From: Callorhinchus milii
Taxonomy: Eukaryota
Assembly: GCF_018977255.1 (NCBI RefSeq)
Contig: NW_024704742.1
Location: 137,270,001 to 137,334,000 of the forward strand
Direction of reading: 5' to 3'
DNA length: 64,000 bases
The notes beneath the pieces are model-generated. The model was not told the DNA's origin and searched no databases. It was given only the letters and a program-made list of their open reading frames with translations. Both the position numbers and the translations under genes were made by a program. Below, piece after piece: positions 50,325 through 64,000 of this stretch (the stretch's first letter is position 1; each line of letters starts with the position of its first letter).

Positions 50325-51340
50325 CTGTGTCTCTAACCCTGACCTGGGAGTGTGGACGGACGCACAGTGTAGAGAGAGCTTTACTGTGTTTCTAACCCTG
50401 ACCTGGGAGTGTGGACGCACAGTGTAGAGAGAGCTTTACTGTGTCTCTAACCCTGACCTGGGAGTGTGGACGCACAGTGTAGAGAGAGCTTTACTGTGTC
50501 TCTAACCCTGACCTGGGAGTGTGGACGCACAGTGTAGAGGAGCGTTACTGTGTCTCTAACCCTGACCTGGGAGTGTGGACGCACAGTGTAGAGGAGCGTT
50601 ACTGTGTCTCTAACCCTGACCTGGGAGTGTGGACGCACAGTGTAGAGGGAGCGTTACTGTGTCTCTAACCCTGACCTGGGAGTGTGGACGCACAGTGTAG
50701 AGGGAGCGTTACTGTGTCTCTAACCCTGACCTGGGAGTGTGGACGCACAGTGTAGAGGGAGCGTTACTGTGTCTCTAACCCTGACCTGGGAGTGTGGACG
50801 CACAGTGTAGAGAGAGCTTTACTGTGTCTCTAACCCTGACCTGGGAGTGTGGACGGACGCACAGTGTAAAGGAGCGTTACTGTGTCTCTAACCCTGACCT
50901 GGGAGTGTGGACACACAGTGTAGAGGGAGCGTTACTGTGTCTCTAACCCTGACCTGGGAGTGTGGACACACAGTGTAGAGGGAGCGTTACTGTGTCTCTA
51001 ACCCTGACCTGGGAGTGTGGACGCACAGTGTAGAGGGAGCGTTACTGTGTCTCTAACCCTGACCTGGGAGTGTGGACACACAGTGTAGTGACTGTGCGTT
51101 ACTGTGTCTCTAACCCTGACCTGGGAGTGTGGACACACAGTGTAGAGACGGTGCGTTACTGTGTCTCTAACCCTGACCTGGGAGTGTGGACGCACAGTGT
51201 AGAGGGAGCGTTACTGTGTCTCTAACCCTGACCTGGGAGTGTGGACCCACAGTGTAGAGGGAGCGTTACTGTGTCTCTAACCCTGACCTGGGAGTGTGGA
51301 CGGACGCACAGTGTGGAGGGAGCTTTACTGTGTCTCTAAT
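50325..51340. repeat. 55-bp minisatellite (~18 units) in ST8SIA5 intron 6
   Basis: actgtgtctctaaccctgacctgggagtgtggacgcacagtgtagagggagcgtt repeated. Confidence 0.95.
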
Positions 51341-51847
51341 CCATTCTGACACCTGAAAAGAAAGCTCTAACTGCAGGAAGCTGCCACCAGGGGCGCTGGT
51401 TCACTGTAAACAGGAACCTGGCAGCACAGAGAGTGACAGAGAGAGAGTGACGGAGGGAGAGAGAGTGACGGAGGGAGTGACGGAGACGGAGGAAGTGACG
51501 GAGACAAAGAGGGAGATAGAGAAAGTGAGAAGGAGAGAGAAATACAGAGGGTGATAGAGAGAGAGAGGGAATTGATAGAGAGAGAGAGACTGAAAGAGTG
51601 ATAGAGAGTGAGAGAGAGACGGAGTAATACAGAAGTAGAGCGAGACAGTGATAGAGAGAGAGAACAAAACAGAGAGAGTGATACAGAGAGAAAGTGAGAG
51701 ATTTAAAGAGAGAGAGACAAAGAGGGAGAAACACAGGGTGACTGTTGGTTGGCAGGATCTGGGAGGTGGGGTTTTGGGGGTGAGCTCGGTCGATGATGTC
51801 CTCTCTCTTCCCCACCCCCTCGCTCTCTCTCTCTCTCTCGCCGGAAG

Positions 51848-52310
51848 GTTCCAGAAGCTTGACAAGTGGCGGCGGCCGTTCGTGGAGCTGCTGCAGGTGT
51901 ACGAGAACACCTCGGTGGTGATGCCGGCTTTCTACAACACCCGCAACACCGACGTGTCGCTGAGGGTCCGGTACGCTCTGGACGACTTCTCCGCCCCTCA
52001 GGACCTCTTCTACTTCCACCCCCGGTACCTGGAGAACGTGGCCCGTTTCTGGGGCCGGCAGGGGGTGAGGGCCAAGCGCCCCAGCAGCGGGCTGATGCTG
52101 GTCACGGCCGCCATGGAGCTGTGCCAGGAGGTCCACCTGTACGGGTTCTGGGGCTTCCCCATGGACCCCTCGGGCATCCACATCACCCACCATTACTATG
52201 ACAACGTCAAACCCAGGCCCGGCTTCCACTCCATGCCTAACGAGATCTTCACCTTCCTCCACATGCACAGCCGGGGGGTCCTGCAGGTCCACACCACCCC
52301 CTGTAGGTGA
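51848..52310 (+). CDS. ST8SIA5: ST8SIA5 exon 7 (sialylmotifs S, III and VS; stop)
   Basis: FQKLDKWRRPF...PSSGLMLVTAAMELCQEVHLYGFW...HHYYD...HSMPNE...TTPCR*; seven exons total 1122 nt (373 aa). Confidence 0.96.
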
Positions 52311-55300
52311 CGGGGAGGAGGGGGAGAGGGGGTGGAGGGCAGCGGAGGGGGTAGGGGTCTTTCTTTATCGATCTCCTGCCGCCCTTCATTGGAGGTTTCT
52401 GCCCTCTGGCTTTTTTTTTTGTATCTTCACGGACTTGAGTTGACCGTGGTCTTCAGTGTGTGGATGGCTGAGGACAGTCGGCTGACATTTTTATCTCCCT
52501 GCCCACCCACCCCATTGCTGTACTCCTTCCCCCCCCCCCACTCTCTCCCTTCACCGCCCTCTCTCCCTCAACCCCCTCTCCCTCCCCCATCCCCTTCTCC
52601 CTCCCCCTCTCTCTTCCTCCCTCCCTCCCCCATCCCCCCTCTCCCTCCCCTCCTCCACTCTCCTCTCCCCCTCTCTTCCTCCCTCTCCCATCCTCTCTCC
52701 TTCCCATTCCCCCTCTTATTCTCTCCAACCCCTCCCTCTCTCGCGCTCTCCCTCCCCTTCTCTTTCCCCCTCCCCCCTATCACTCTCTCCCTCCCCCCTG
52801 CCCCGCTCGCCTCACGACTGGAGACCTGAACGATTCCATCGGCTCAGACATTTCACTCTCCTGAGGAAGCTCCAGACGAGGGGAATGTCTCAGACTTCCA
52901 CCCCATCTCTCCTTAGCATCTCACCCCTCCTGCAGATAGCTGGGATTCTTCCCGCTCGGCGCCTGTTTCCTAAAGCCCTGGGTGTTGGGTGGTCCTCACT
53001 GGACAAGCAGCGGGGAACCTCCTAATTGATTCTGGCTCATCAGCAGGACTTGGAAGGACAGTCCAGTCTGGATAAGCAGTGGGAAGGCTTGCCAGACAAT
53101 GTGCTCAATGGCAAGCTATGCAGTTTTTAGCTGGTTAGACTCGAGCAGTCACCCCAACGCACACTCTGGGGTCCCCAAGCCTTGGGTCTCGCCAACCTGC
53201 ACCTAATAATCTCCGGAGTTAATAATAATAATTGGATGTGTCACTCCAGGGAGAGAATGCGCAATCCATTTCAGACACGTGGAGATTTCATACGTGGGTC
53301 TCTCAGTCTGAATTGGACACCGGGGGGTGTCAGAAATTGACTGACCTCAAAAAGAATCCCAACCTCTCAGTCTCTCCTCCCAGCTGTACCCATTCCTCTC
53401 CCGTACCCTCCCCACGAACATATATGCTGGTCATGTCGAGTGGAGTCCCGTAGTGTAGTGGTTAGAGCACTCGTCTATCAAATGCAAGGATTATTATTAT
53501 TCCGCTTCCAATCCCCTCTCGCCTCAAATCCATCGCTTGCCATTTTTTTGGTATATTTTTCTACCTTTTCCACGAACCTTCTCTGCGCTATTTATCACCT
53601 CACCTCCTGCACCAGATCATTGACCTGCACTAAGCTCCTGATAACTTGACCCTGGCTTAATTTGTCACCGTGCTGTCAATATCCTGGCCCCGTTTATTCA
53701 TGTATTTATACATCTGCCTAATTCACCGCTCCTGATAACTAGTCACTGAGCCCTTTAAACTCGGAGCGATGTGTTATCAGGAGTTGTAATTGTCTGTGTT
53801 GTACTCCACACAAGTCTCTCTTCCATTCCCCTCTCTTCCCTTCTCCCTCGTGTCCACGTTGAGTTTCCTCTTATGAGAGAACCAGAGAGATCCCGACAGT
53901 GTTCCCGAGCCGGGCCGGGAACCGGAGAAACATCCCTTTAATTCCCGCTCTCTCTATCGCGTGTCCTTCACCCATTCCTCTGTCCACTTTCATCGATTCC
54001 GTGCCTTAATTTTGTCCACGCGTCTCTTATCAAACGCCTTCCTCAAAACCCCAACCACCATCTAGCTGCAATGTCTGTGGTCATCGCGCTGCGAGAGGCT
54101 ACCCCGTGTGAAGGACGCTGTCGTTGTTGTATCTCCCGCCCCCACCTTCCTCCCATCCCCCAGCCATACTCTAGGTTACTTACCTCTCCACTTGCCCTCC
54201 ACGGTCTCGCTCCTCCCTACCGCTGTGACCTCCTAAAACCCTACCAACCTCGCCGCTCCCTCTTCTCCATGTGCTCTGGCCTGCTCCATGTCCCCAATCT
54301 CGCCCGCCCCACCATCGGCGGTCGGGCCTTCAGCTTCTCTGCCCCCACCCTCTGGAACTCCATCCCACAATCCCTCCGCCTCGCTCCCACACTTGCCTAC
54401 TTCAACGTCCATCTCAAGACCATCCTCTTTGACCGCACCCTCGGTCACTCTCCTTTCCCTGTCTACAGTCCAGGCCTCTGGAACACTGCGGGTTCCACAT
54501 CTACGTACTTCTGTAGAGTAAAAGAAGCCGTAGCGTAGTGGTTACCGTACTCGCCTCGTAAGCGAGAGGACACGGGTTTGATTCCCGGGCAGGGTGAAAC
54601 TTTAGGCAAGTTTCCGCACTCCATACTCCTGGTAATAATCCCTCAAGAAAAGTAAAAAATAAATATATCAATTTTAAAAAATAATAATATGGTCACTCAA
54701 TCCACGAGTGTTTATGGGACGCTGCTGTGTCCAATTGGCTGCCGCGTTTCACCCACAAATATACAGTCAATTCACTTTACAGTATGTTCTGTGATGCGCT
54801 TTGAGACGTCTCGAAGAAGTGATGAGACGCTATATCAAATGCAAGAATTATTATTATTAAAGGGCGGTGAGTTTTCCACGGACTCTTACAAACATGCAAT
54901 GAAACAGCTTCAGAGTTAAGGCAACGTTTCAGAATTTGCCAAACTCAGAACGTCCTAAAATGCTGCGAAACCGGAGCGAGGGTAGACGAGGGCGGGAGGG
55001 GTGGGGCGGGTGGTGTTAGGAGCTTGGAAAAGCTCATGTTTCTCCTTTCTGAGGACACAAGTCATTTCGAGCTGTTTGTCGAATGTATCGAAGAAAAGGG
55101 AGTCATGTTAAGAGGGTCTAAGATTTCAGTCTGCGCCCCGCAAGGCTGACAGCTAGGGTCTGAGTCACTGTAATATCTCACAGGTTGTTTGTCAGCCGTC
55201 CTGGTGTTAAATTACTGCCTCGCTTTGTGTTGCACTGTGTGTGACCGTCCCCAGTAGCGCCTCACCCCAGGGTCTGACCCGCAGGGGTGCAATGCTTCGG

Positions 55301-58300
55301 TTAATACCGTTGAGTGAAAGTCACGTGGACGTTGAAGGCCTTGGTGAGGGTGCAAAGGAGATGTAATAATCCTTGCACTTGATATAGACGTCTCAAAAGC
55401 GCTTCACAGGAAACGCTGTAATGTGAATTGACTGTATTTTTTTGTGGGCGAAGCGCGAAACGCAGCCAATTGTGCACAGCTGTGTCCCACAAACAGTCGT
55501 GGATTGAGTGAACCCAATTTTTTTTNGAAAGGATTATTAACGCTGGAAAAGCGACCCAACAATCAATGTACCGATAGATAAACAATACAATGCAAAATTG
55601 CATTTACTCAGCGCCTTTCACGTCGGGAGGACGTCCCAAGGAGCTGGACAGTCAGGGATTTGGACCCGAGCTGGGGGAGGGCGGTTGGGATAAGGGAGGC
55701 TGGAGTGCAGGAAGGTGACCGTAGGCGCGGTCGAAGAGGAGAGTCTTGAGACTCGCCTTGAAGGAGGCAAGGGAGGGAGAGAGGTGAAGGGACTGTGGGA
55801 TGGAGTTCCAGAGGGTGGGGGCAGAGAGGCTGAAGGCTCAATCGCTGATGGTGGGACATGGAGCAGACTGGTGACTGCTGAGCAGAGGAAGCTGACAGGT
55901 TGATAAGGGGGGTCAAACAGGTCAAACAGAGGTGTGTGGAGTAAGGAAACTGGCTTAAGGTTTCGCCCCGCTCGGGAATCTAATCGGGGTCCTCTCGCTA
56001 GTGAGGCGAGTGCTCCAACCACTATATTACTGGAGTCTTGACTCCATGAGGGACTTCAGTTATGTGGCGAGATGAGAGAAGCTGGGTTTTTCTCCTTAGA
56101 GCAAAGAAGGTTAAGGAGAGAGTTAATAGAGGTGTTCAAAATGATAAGGGGTTTTGATAGAGTTGACAGGGAGAAACTGGCGGGCGGGTCAGTAACCGGG
56201 GGACATAGATTCAAGATAATTAGCAAATGAATCAAAGGGGAGATGAAGAGAATGTTTTTCCGCAGCGAGTTGTTCCAATCTGGAACGCGCTGCCTGAAAG
56301 CAGATGAAAGCAGATTCGATAATAGCTTTCAAAAGGGAAGAGGTGGTGGAGTGGGTCTAGTTGGCAGCTCTTTCAAAGGTCAAATGGCCTCCTTCTGTGC
56401 GTTAAGATTCTATGAACACTATTAGGAAAACAGAAGGGACTTTCTCTCTCCTGGTATTCTGGCCAACAATCCCCTCACCTTGTAATTAAGTGTTTGTAAA
56501 TTGCGCGGGTTGAGGTTAGAGGGAATGTGATGCTGAATTTGCCAACAAACACATTGTATTACTGTAAAGCACTTTAAGATGTTTTGATATTATGAGAGCC
56601 GCGTGAAATAAGAATGATTGTTATTATTAATATCTGGATCATGGTAAATGGACTGTGTGCCGGAGGCCACAATTATCATCTGAAGATCTTAAATCCAGTC
56701 TTGAATGTTTTTCCGCAGTTGATAAAAAACGTGACTTGTCAAACTGGCTCAGTGGTAGCGCTCTCTCTCCCGCCTCTGAATCAGAAGGTTTCAAGCCCCG
56801 CATCTGGATTTGGAATCACATAGTCTAAGCTGACGCTTCAATGCAATGCGGGGGTGGGGTGGAGGGGGTTATTGTGGGAGGTGCCGTCCTTTGGGGTAAG
56901 ACTTTAAACCGAGGTCCCGTCTGTCTGTTTGGGTGGGTGTTGAAATCTCAGGCCGCTATTTGAAAAGAAAAGGGAATTTCTCTCTCTCTCCCAGTGTCTT
57001 GGCCAACAATCCCCCAGATAAAATCATTCACTCACTCCATGGCTATTTGTGAGACATCGCTGTGCATAAATTGCCTGCTGCGTTCGCCTACAATATACAC
57101 AGTCGCTGCACTTTACAGTAAATCCTGTGAAACGTCCTCCAGATGTGAAAGGCGCTGGATCAAATGCACCGATTATTATTATTTGAACCAGTTTCTGAAT
57201 TTTTCCACAGTTGCGTGGCAGCTTGTGTTTATGGACAATAAGAGGTTTGACTTCCACCCATACCCTGATCCGAGCAAAACCTTGGGCAACTTTCCTTACT
57301 CCTCACGCCCGTTTATCTAGCAGTACAATCACAACTTATAGGGGCGCCCTCCACACAGGATAGCGTCTCGGAGCGCTTGCAATAAGTAGGAACCTGATTG
57401 TTAGTTGATGGGAGGTTCACTTTCTGGGGGTAATAATCCCTCAAAAAAAGAAATGTGGTCACTCAATCCACAACTGTTTGTGAGACACTGCTGTGCGCAA
57501 TTGGCTGCCGCGTTTGGCCCACAGTCAGTCCACTTTAGTATATGCGGTGAAGTGCTCTGAGACGCCTCATTGACACGATAAGTCGCTACATCAAATGCAA
57601 GGATTATTATTGCTATAATTATTGACAGGACAGGTGGGGAGCTAATGAGCAATATGATCATTAATCCCCTTCTGGGCCAAAAATCCTTTGTGGCTGTGTA
57701 ATTCTGTATGTCAGTGTGCGTCTCTCTGCTTCTCTCTGTCTCTGTAAAAAAAAAACACTGTGTTTCTGAACCTGTATGTGTTTACGTGCGATGAATGGGG
57801 TGGGAGTGAGGGTAAGGGGAGGGGTAAGGGGATGGGGTGGGGGGGGGGGGAGAAAACTGAGCAAACTTAAAAAAATAAATGTTCACCGTGTTATAATCAT
57901 TGTGTGTGGAGCCTGATTCTGTTAACCAGCTGGAAGTTCGCTGGGCGGCTGAACCATAGGAGATCACGGGCTTTGAGCTCACAGTCCAGGCTGGTGCTCC
58001 GGTGCAGTGTTGGGGGAACGTTCAACTGGGATCTTGTTTGCCTGTACTTTTGGGGGACTTCAAAGAACTGGTGACGGAGGCCGTTTCTCTCCCAGTCGGT
58101 GTCCTTGCCGGTAATCCCCCGGGTAACAATCCTTCCTTCACTTTATGTGGAATCCTGTAATGTAGTGGTTTGAGCACTCGCCTCGCAAAGATAGGACCCG
58201 GCTACGATCGATTCCCAGACGGGGCGACACCTTAGGCAAGTCTCCTTACTCCGCACACCCGTTTACCTAGTCCTAACAACAACAAATTACATTTGTATAG

Positions 58301-58602
58301 CGCCGTTCACGTCAGGAGGATGTCCCAAGGCACTGGAAGTAGGAACTTGGTTATTTGATGGACCACTTTCTAAGGGGAATAATCCCTCGACAAAAGTAGT
58401 TAGTCACTCAATCCATGATTGTTTGTGGGACACTGCTGTGTCCCCACCACAATTGACTGCCATGTTTTGACCAGAAAATACACAGACAATTCACTTTCAG
58501 GATATTCTGTGAAACACTTTGAGATTTCTCCAAGACGCAAAACGGTGCTGTATCGAATGAAAGGATTATTATTATTATTATTATTATGGTTATTTGTGAA
58601 TG

Positions 58603-59255
58603 TTCAGGGTGGAGCTTGTGATTGTTCGGGCCGAGGCTTGTGATTGTCCGGGGCGGGGCTTGTGATTGTTCAGGGCGGGGCTTGTGATTGTTCGGGGTGG
58701 GGCTTGTGATTGTTTTTGGGCGGGGCTTGTGATTGTTCGGGGCGGGGCTTGTGATTGTTCGGGCGGGGCTTGTGATTGTTCAGGGCGGGGCTTGTGATTG
58801 TTCGGGGGGGCTTGTGATTGTTGGGGCGGAGCTTGTGATTGTTCGGGGCGGGGCTTGTGATTGTTCGGGGCGGGGTTGTGATTGTCGGGCGGGGCTTGTG
58901 ATTGTTCGGGGGGGGCTTGTGATTGTTCGGGCGGGGCTTGTGATTGTTCGGGGCGGGGCTTGTGATTGTTTGGGGCGGGGCTTGTGATTGTTCGGGGCGG
59001 GGCTTGTGATTGTTCGGGGCGGGGCTTGTGATTGTTCAGGGCGGGGCTTGTGATTGTTCGGGGCGGGGTTTGTGACTGTTCCGGGCGGAGCTTGTGATTG
59101 TTCGTGGCGGGGCTTGTGATTGTTCGGGGCGGGGCTTGTGATTGTTCAGGGCGGGGCTTGTGATTGTTCGGGGCGGGGTTTGTGACTGTTCCGGGCGGAG
59201 CTTGTGACTGTTCGAGGCCGGGCTTGTTGTGATGTTTGGGGCAGGGCTTGTGATC
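58603..59255. repeat. 22-bp GC-box minisatellite (~30 units)
   Basis: ggggcggggcttgtgattgttc repeated. Confidence 0.95.
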
Positions 59256-62200
59256 GTTTCTTTCTTCAGTTGAACGTCAACAAGACCGAGGCTCTCCTGA
59301 TTGGCACCGGTCAGCGCCTCCTCACCTCAGGCGCTGATACCATCTCCATCAGTGGTTGCACACTCCCCCTCGCTAAGCCGGTCCTGAACCCTGGGGTCTT
59401 GTTTGACCCTCAACTATCCTTCCTACCCCACATCTGTGCAATGACCCTCTCGACATCCCTCATCTCCGCAACATCGCCCGGCTCCGCCACTGTCTCACAC
59501 CGCACGCCGCCCAAACCCTCATACACGCCCTTCATAACATCGAGGCTTGACTATGCCAACTCATTGCTTGTCGGCCTCCCCAACTCCTCCCTTCGTAGGC
59601 TGCAGATCATCCAGAACTCTGCAGCCCGTGTCCTCGCCTGCACCAGGCTCCGCGACCCTATCGCCCCCATCTCTGCCCAACTCCCGTCACACATCCCGTC
59701 ACACAGAGGATACAGTTCAAGATCCTGGACCTCACCTTCAAAGCCCTCCATAGCCTTGCTTCCCCCTAGCACTGCGACCTCCTAACCCCCTGCCATCCTG
59801 CTCACTCACTCCGCTCAGCGGGCTCTGGGCTGCGTCACGTTCCCCACCTCACTCACCCCACTATTGGCGGTTGGGCCTTCTGCCACTCTGCCCCCACTCT
59901 CCGGAACTCCATCCCGGAGTCCCTCCGCCTCACCTCCCCTCCTTCGCCTCCTTCAAGACCCATCTGAAGACACTCTTCGATCTCCCTGCTGCCCCCCTGC
60001 CCTCCACCCTCCCCGACCCCCAGCTCGAGTCCGTAATTCTGACTGTCTAGTGCCTTGGGACATCCTCCCGATGTGAAAGTCACTTTACAAATGTAATTTT
60101 GTTGTTGTTGTTGTCATTTTTGCTTTGTGTTTCCTTACGGTTATTTCATCCCAGGCTTCCCTGATCACTTTCAGTCACAGGGAGACGAGGTGACTGCAGC
60201 TCCCTCGGGACCTCAGTGAGTATCCCTTATCCTTATCTCGTACAGAGAATCAGCTCATTAATCCGCAAACCAATTAAACCACAATGGCTTTTATATTCCC
60301 CGGAGACCCCAGAATTCCACCTGGTCTCAGCCCACAAATCAGAATTTTCCCTGGAGATTCCTACAGCTCAGCGGTTAGAGCATTCGCCTCACAAGGGAGA
60401 GCACCCGGGTTCGATTCCCGGACAGGGCGAAACCTTAGGCAGGTTTCCTTACTCCAAACACCTGCTAGGTTGTTAGTCGATTGGCGGATTGCTTTCTGGG
60501 GGTAAAAATCCCTCCAAAAATATATAATAATTTGATCACTCAATCCACGCCTGCTGTGTGCAATTGGCTGTCGCGTTCGCTCACAAAATATACAGTTAAT
60601 TAACTTTTCCGGTATATCCTGTGAGGCGCTTTGAGACTTCTCAACGATGTCGCTATATCAGACGAAAGGATTCTTATTCTCTAATTGTGTCAGCCTGTGG
60701 CTCAGTCGGTAGCACTCTCGCCTGTGGGTCAGGAGGTTTAGGGTTCAAGCCCCACATTGGGCACTCTGAGTTCATAGCCTAAGATGACACTTCAATACAA
60801 TGCTGGGGGGGAGCACCACAGGTTGGAGGTGTCATCCTTCTGCTGAGACGTCAAACTGAGTTCCCTTCTGTGCCTGTTCAGGTGGACGTTAAAGATCCCA
60901 CTGAGCTACTTTGAGATGTCCACCTGATGCGAAAAGCGTTATAGCAAATGCAAGGATTATTATCGGCATTAATAAGACGGGACCCTTCATTCTTGAGAGA
61001 AGACATTTCAGTCGGGACTTTACACAGAAGTGTCGACAATTTTAAACGAGATTGAGAAGGTCAATAAAACAGGATTCACTGAGAGATGAGAAGAAAAGTA
61101 CAAAGGGTTAGAGTTGTAAAGGGAAATTTCAGGACAGACACTAGTATTTCTTTGCCCAGAGGGTAATTAACGACTGGAATAGGGTTAGCACAAAGTCTGG
61201 TTGAAGCCAGGACACTGATGCTGTTATGGGAGATGGGTGTTCTGAAAGGATGAGATCAGATGGACCTTCTTCATCCAAAACAATCTTGTGATCCTGTGAA
61301 AGACAGACAACAAACACATCCGCAGTGATACAGGGAAGCCACCAGAGGCCACTGGCCCCAAAAGTAACTTAAAGAGTTTTGTGACCACCTGGGTGTCTGA
61401 CACGCACAGAAACCCGTCACCAAGATCTCCAGACTACGAATTCCTTAGACATGTGCACGTCACCTACATGTGGAAACTTTCCTGCATCTGGAATGGAATG
61501 TGCATTCTTTCCCTGGAGAGCCGCACACCGCTTACGTAATTCCGGAGAGTTTTAGACGCAGGTTGGCAAGAGCCAAGGCTTGAAGACCTCAGAGTGTGCG
61601 TTGGGCTAACTGCTTGAGTCTAACCAGCTAAAAGCGCATAGCTTACCATTGAGAGCTGGCAAGCTTTTCCGCTGCTTGTCCAGCTAGGACCATAATAATT
61701 ATAATCCTGTCATTTGATATAGCGCCTTAACATGTTGTTGATCACTTCACAGAATATACTGTAGAGTGAATTGACTGTGTAGTGTGTGGGTGAAATGTGG
61801 CAGCCAGTTGCACACAGCAACGTCCCACACACAGTCATGGGTTGAGTGACTAAATTGTTTTCGAAGGGATTATCACACCCGGAAAGTGGTCCGCCAATTG
61901 ACTAAGCGCTAGGTTAACAGAGGTGTGTGGAGTAAGGAAACTTACCTGAGGTTTCGCCCGGCCTGGGAATCGAACGTGCGTCTTCTCGCTGTGCGAGGCG
62001 AGTGCTCTCACCACTACACTACGGGACGATGATGTCTGAGAAGGGTGGAGGGGATCAGTCAGCAGCTGCTGAGCCCTGCGTGTGCGTGTGTGCGTGTGTG
62101 TGTGTGGTCCGAGATGCTGGGCTAGGCTGAGACATTCCTCCACCCCCCTGTCTGTAAAGCGATCCTTCCATAATAAATTATAGAGCTGCCGGCATCAGTC

Positions 62201-62537
62201 GCTGGAGATTGTGGCACCCGGTTCCTTTTACACTCGTCTTTCTCTTCGACTTCACGTGACTCCTTCAGAGGAGTAATTTTTGATGAGGGTCTCGCTGTGC
62301 GAGAGGCAGCTCCAAGCTGGATATTCAACACGAGAGACAGTCGGTTGTTGCGTTGGAGCTCGCTGACACCCCCCACCCCCTCCTCTCTCTCCCTCTCTCT
62401 CTCTTTCTCTCTCTCCCCCACCCTCTCCTTACTCCTTCCCCCATTCTCTGTCTCTCCGCATTCGGAATCCTGGTGTCCTCTGACCATCAGACTCCAGGCG
62501 GGCGTCACACCAAGGACCGGCTGGAATCGAGGAGACC

Positions 62538-63054
62538 ATGGCCCCCAAGAAGAAGAAGCCGCCCAGGAAGGAGGAGAGCGATGGAGTAGAGGGAGAAAAG
62601 GAAGAAGTGACCGAGAGACCGAAGGGCAAGAAGGAGAAGAGGAAGGTGTTGGAGGGAGAAGGGGAGGAGGGGGTGAAGAGCAAGAAAGAGAGGAACAACA
62701 ACGAGACCAAGCTGAAGGAGAGGAAGAAGAAATCGCGGGACGTCGAGGAGGAGGAGGGGGAGGGAGCCGAGAAGAAAAGGAAAAAGAAGACGAAGGCCAA
62801 GGGCTCGGACGAGGAGGAAACTGAGGAGGAGGAAGAGAGAAAGGAGAAAAAGAAGGGGAAAAAGGCCAAGAGAGTTTCGGACGAGAGCGAAGAGGAGAAA
62901 AGAGAGAAGAAAAAGGACAAAGGGGATGGCAAGAAGTCAAAGGAGAAGAAAGGCAAGAAGCCCTACAATTACCAGGAGATTTATGAGCAGGAGCTCCTTC
63001 AGTACAAGACACAGTCTTCGGACGAAGATGAGGATCCATATAACAGGAAGAAAG
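62538..63054 (+). CDS. LOXHD1: LOXHD1-like exon 1 with a long K/E-rich N-terminal region; gene continues beyond the window
   Basis: accATGg Kozak context; MAPKKKK...YNYQEIYEQELLQYKTQSSDEDEDPYNRKK resembles human LOXHD1 ..FLALYEAELLNYASEDDE..YYKARV; phase-1 donor g|gtgagg; synteny with PIAS2 and ST8SIA5. Confidence 0.8.
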
Positions 63055-64000
63055 GTGAGGACCGCACTCCTGTCTCCCAGCTCGTCTCCACGATCATGGC
63101 TTCCCGTGGCTTTTGTGTCCGTTCCCTTAATAATAATAATCATAATAATAATAATAATCCTTGCATTTGATACAGCGCCTCATCACATCTTTGAGACATC
63201 TCAAAGCGCTTCACAGAATAGACTGTAAAGCGAATTGACTGTACATTTTGTGGGCAAAACACAGCAGCCAATTGCACACAGTAACGTCCCACAAACAGCT
63301 GTGGATTAAGTGACCAAATTATTATTTTTTTTGAGGGATTATTACCCCCTGAAAGCGATCCGACAATCGACTAACAACCAGATTCCTACTTACTGTTAGG
63401 TAAACAGAGACGTGTGGAGTAAGGAAACTTTGCCTAAGGTTTCTCCCCGCCCGGGAATCAAACCCAGGTTTTCTCGCTTGCGAGGCGAGTGCTGTAACCA
63501 CTACACTAGTATGGATTAATTAATGAATTAATGACCCTCACATTTGATACAGCGCCTTTCACACAGCACAAGGAGGACATCCCAAAGCACTTTGTGGGAT
63601 TTCACTGTAAAGTGTAGTGATCGCATGACTTCTCGGCGAACTGTAAATCACACGGAGGAGGTTCGGGTGAAGAAGGCTGTTTGATCCATCCATTCCCCCC
63701 TCCGCCCCCCATTGCTCTTTCTTAAACAAACCCCAATTTGGGTTTCTGTTTCATAATCAGAAAATCTTCTTAAAAGCTGCATAATATGGAACAAATCTTC
63801 AACCGAGTGTTAACTTGGAATCTGATTTTTTTTATCCGCAGAGAAATCGGCTTCAGAAATTCTCCCCCATTTTAGATGCTATCAGCCTGGCTCGGTGGGT
63901 GGCAGTCCCTTCCTTGATCAAGCCCCCGGTCTAGGCTGACACTCCAGTGTAGTGCCGTCCTTCGGATGAGACGGTAAACGAGGTCCTGTCTGTCTGTTCA

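Noticed and set aside
50325..51340. CRISPR-like or telomeric array (TAACCC in the unit)
   Set aside because: Head-to-tail units without unique spacers; a single TAACCC per unit; eukaryotic intron

Overview
Vertebrate genomic DNA, dense in tRNA-derived SINEs, CR1 and L2 LINE remnants and minisatellites. The repeat types suggest a cartilaginous fish (inference). It holds the PIAS2 - ST8SIA5 - LOXHD1 block, in the same order as human 18q21: PIAS2 coding exons 2-14, all seven ST8SIA5 coding exons, and LOXHD1 exon 1. Main anomaly: about 16.7 kb (17436-34178) is inverted relative to its flanks, putting PIAS2 exons 13-14 and ST8SIA5 exon 1 on the minus strand. Both breakpoints resolve to +/-1 nt because a CR1 and a SINE are each cut into reciprocal halves. 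Inside the inverted block is a CpG-island promoter and an apparently non-coding, spliced host gene with two tandem intronic H/ACA snoRNAs. Their 3' hairpin matches SNORA5 and the 18S rRNA Psi1625 site. A third, 5'-truncated copy lies in PIAS2 intron 3. Comparisons with human sequences are from memory, not database searches.
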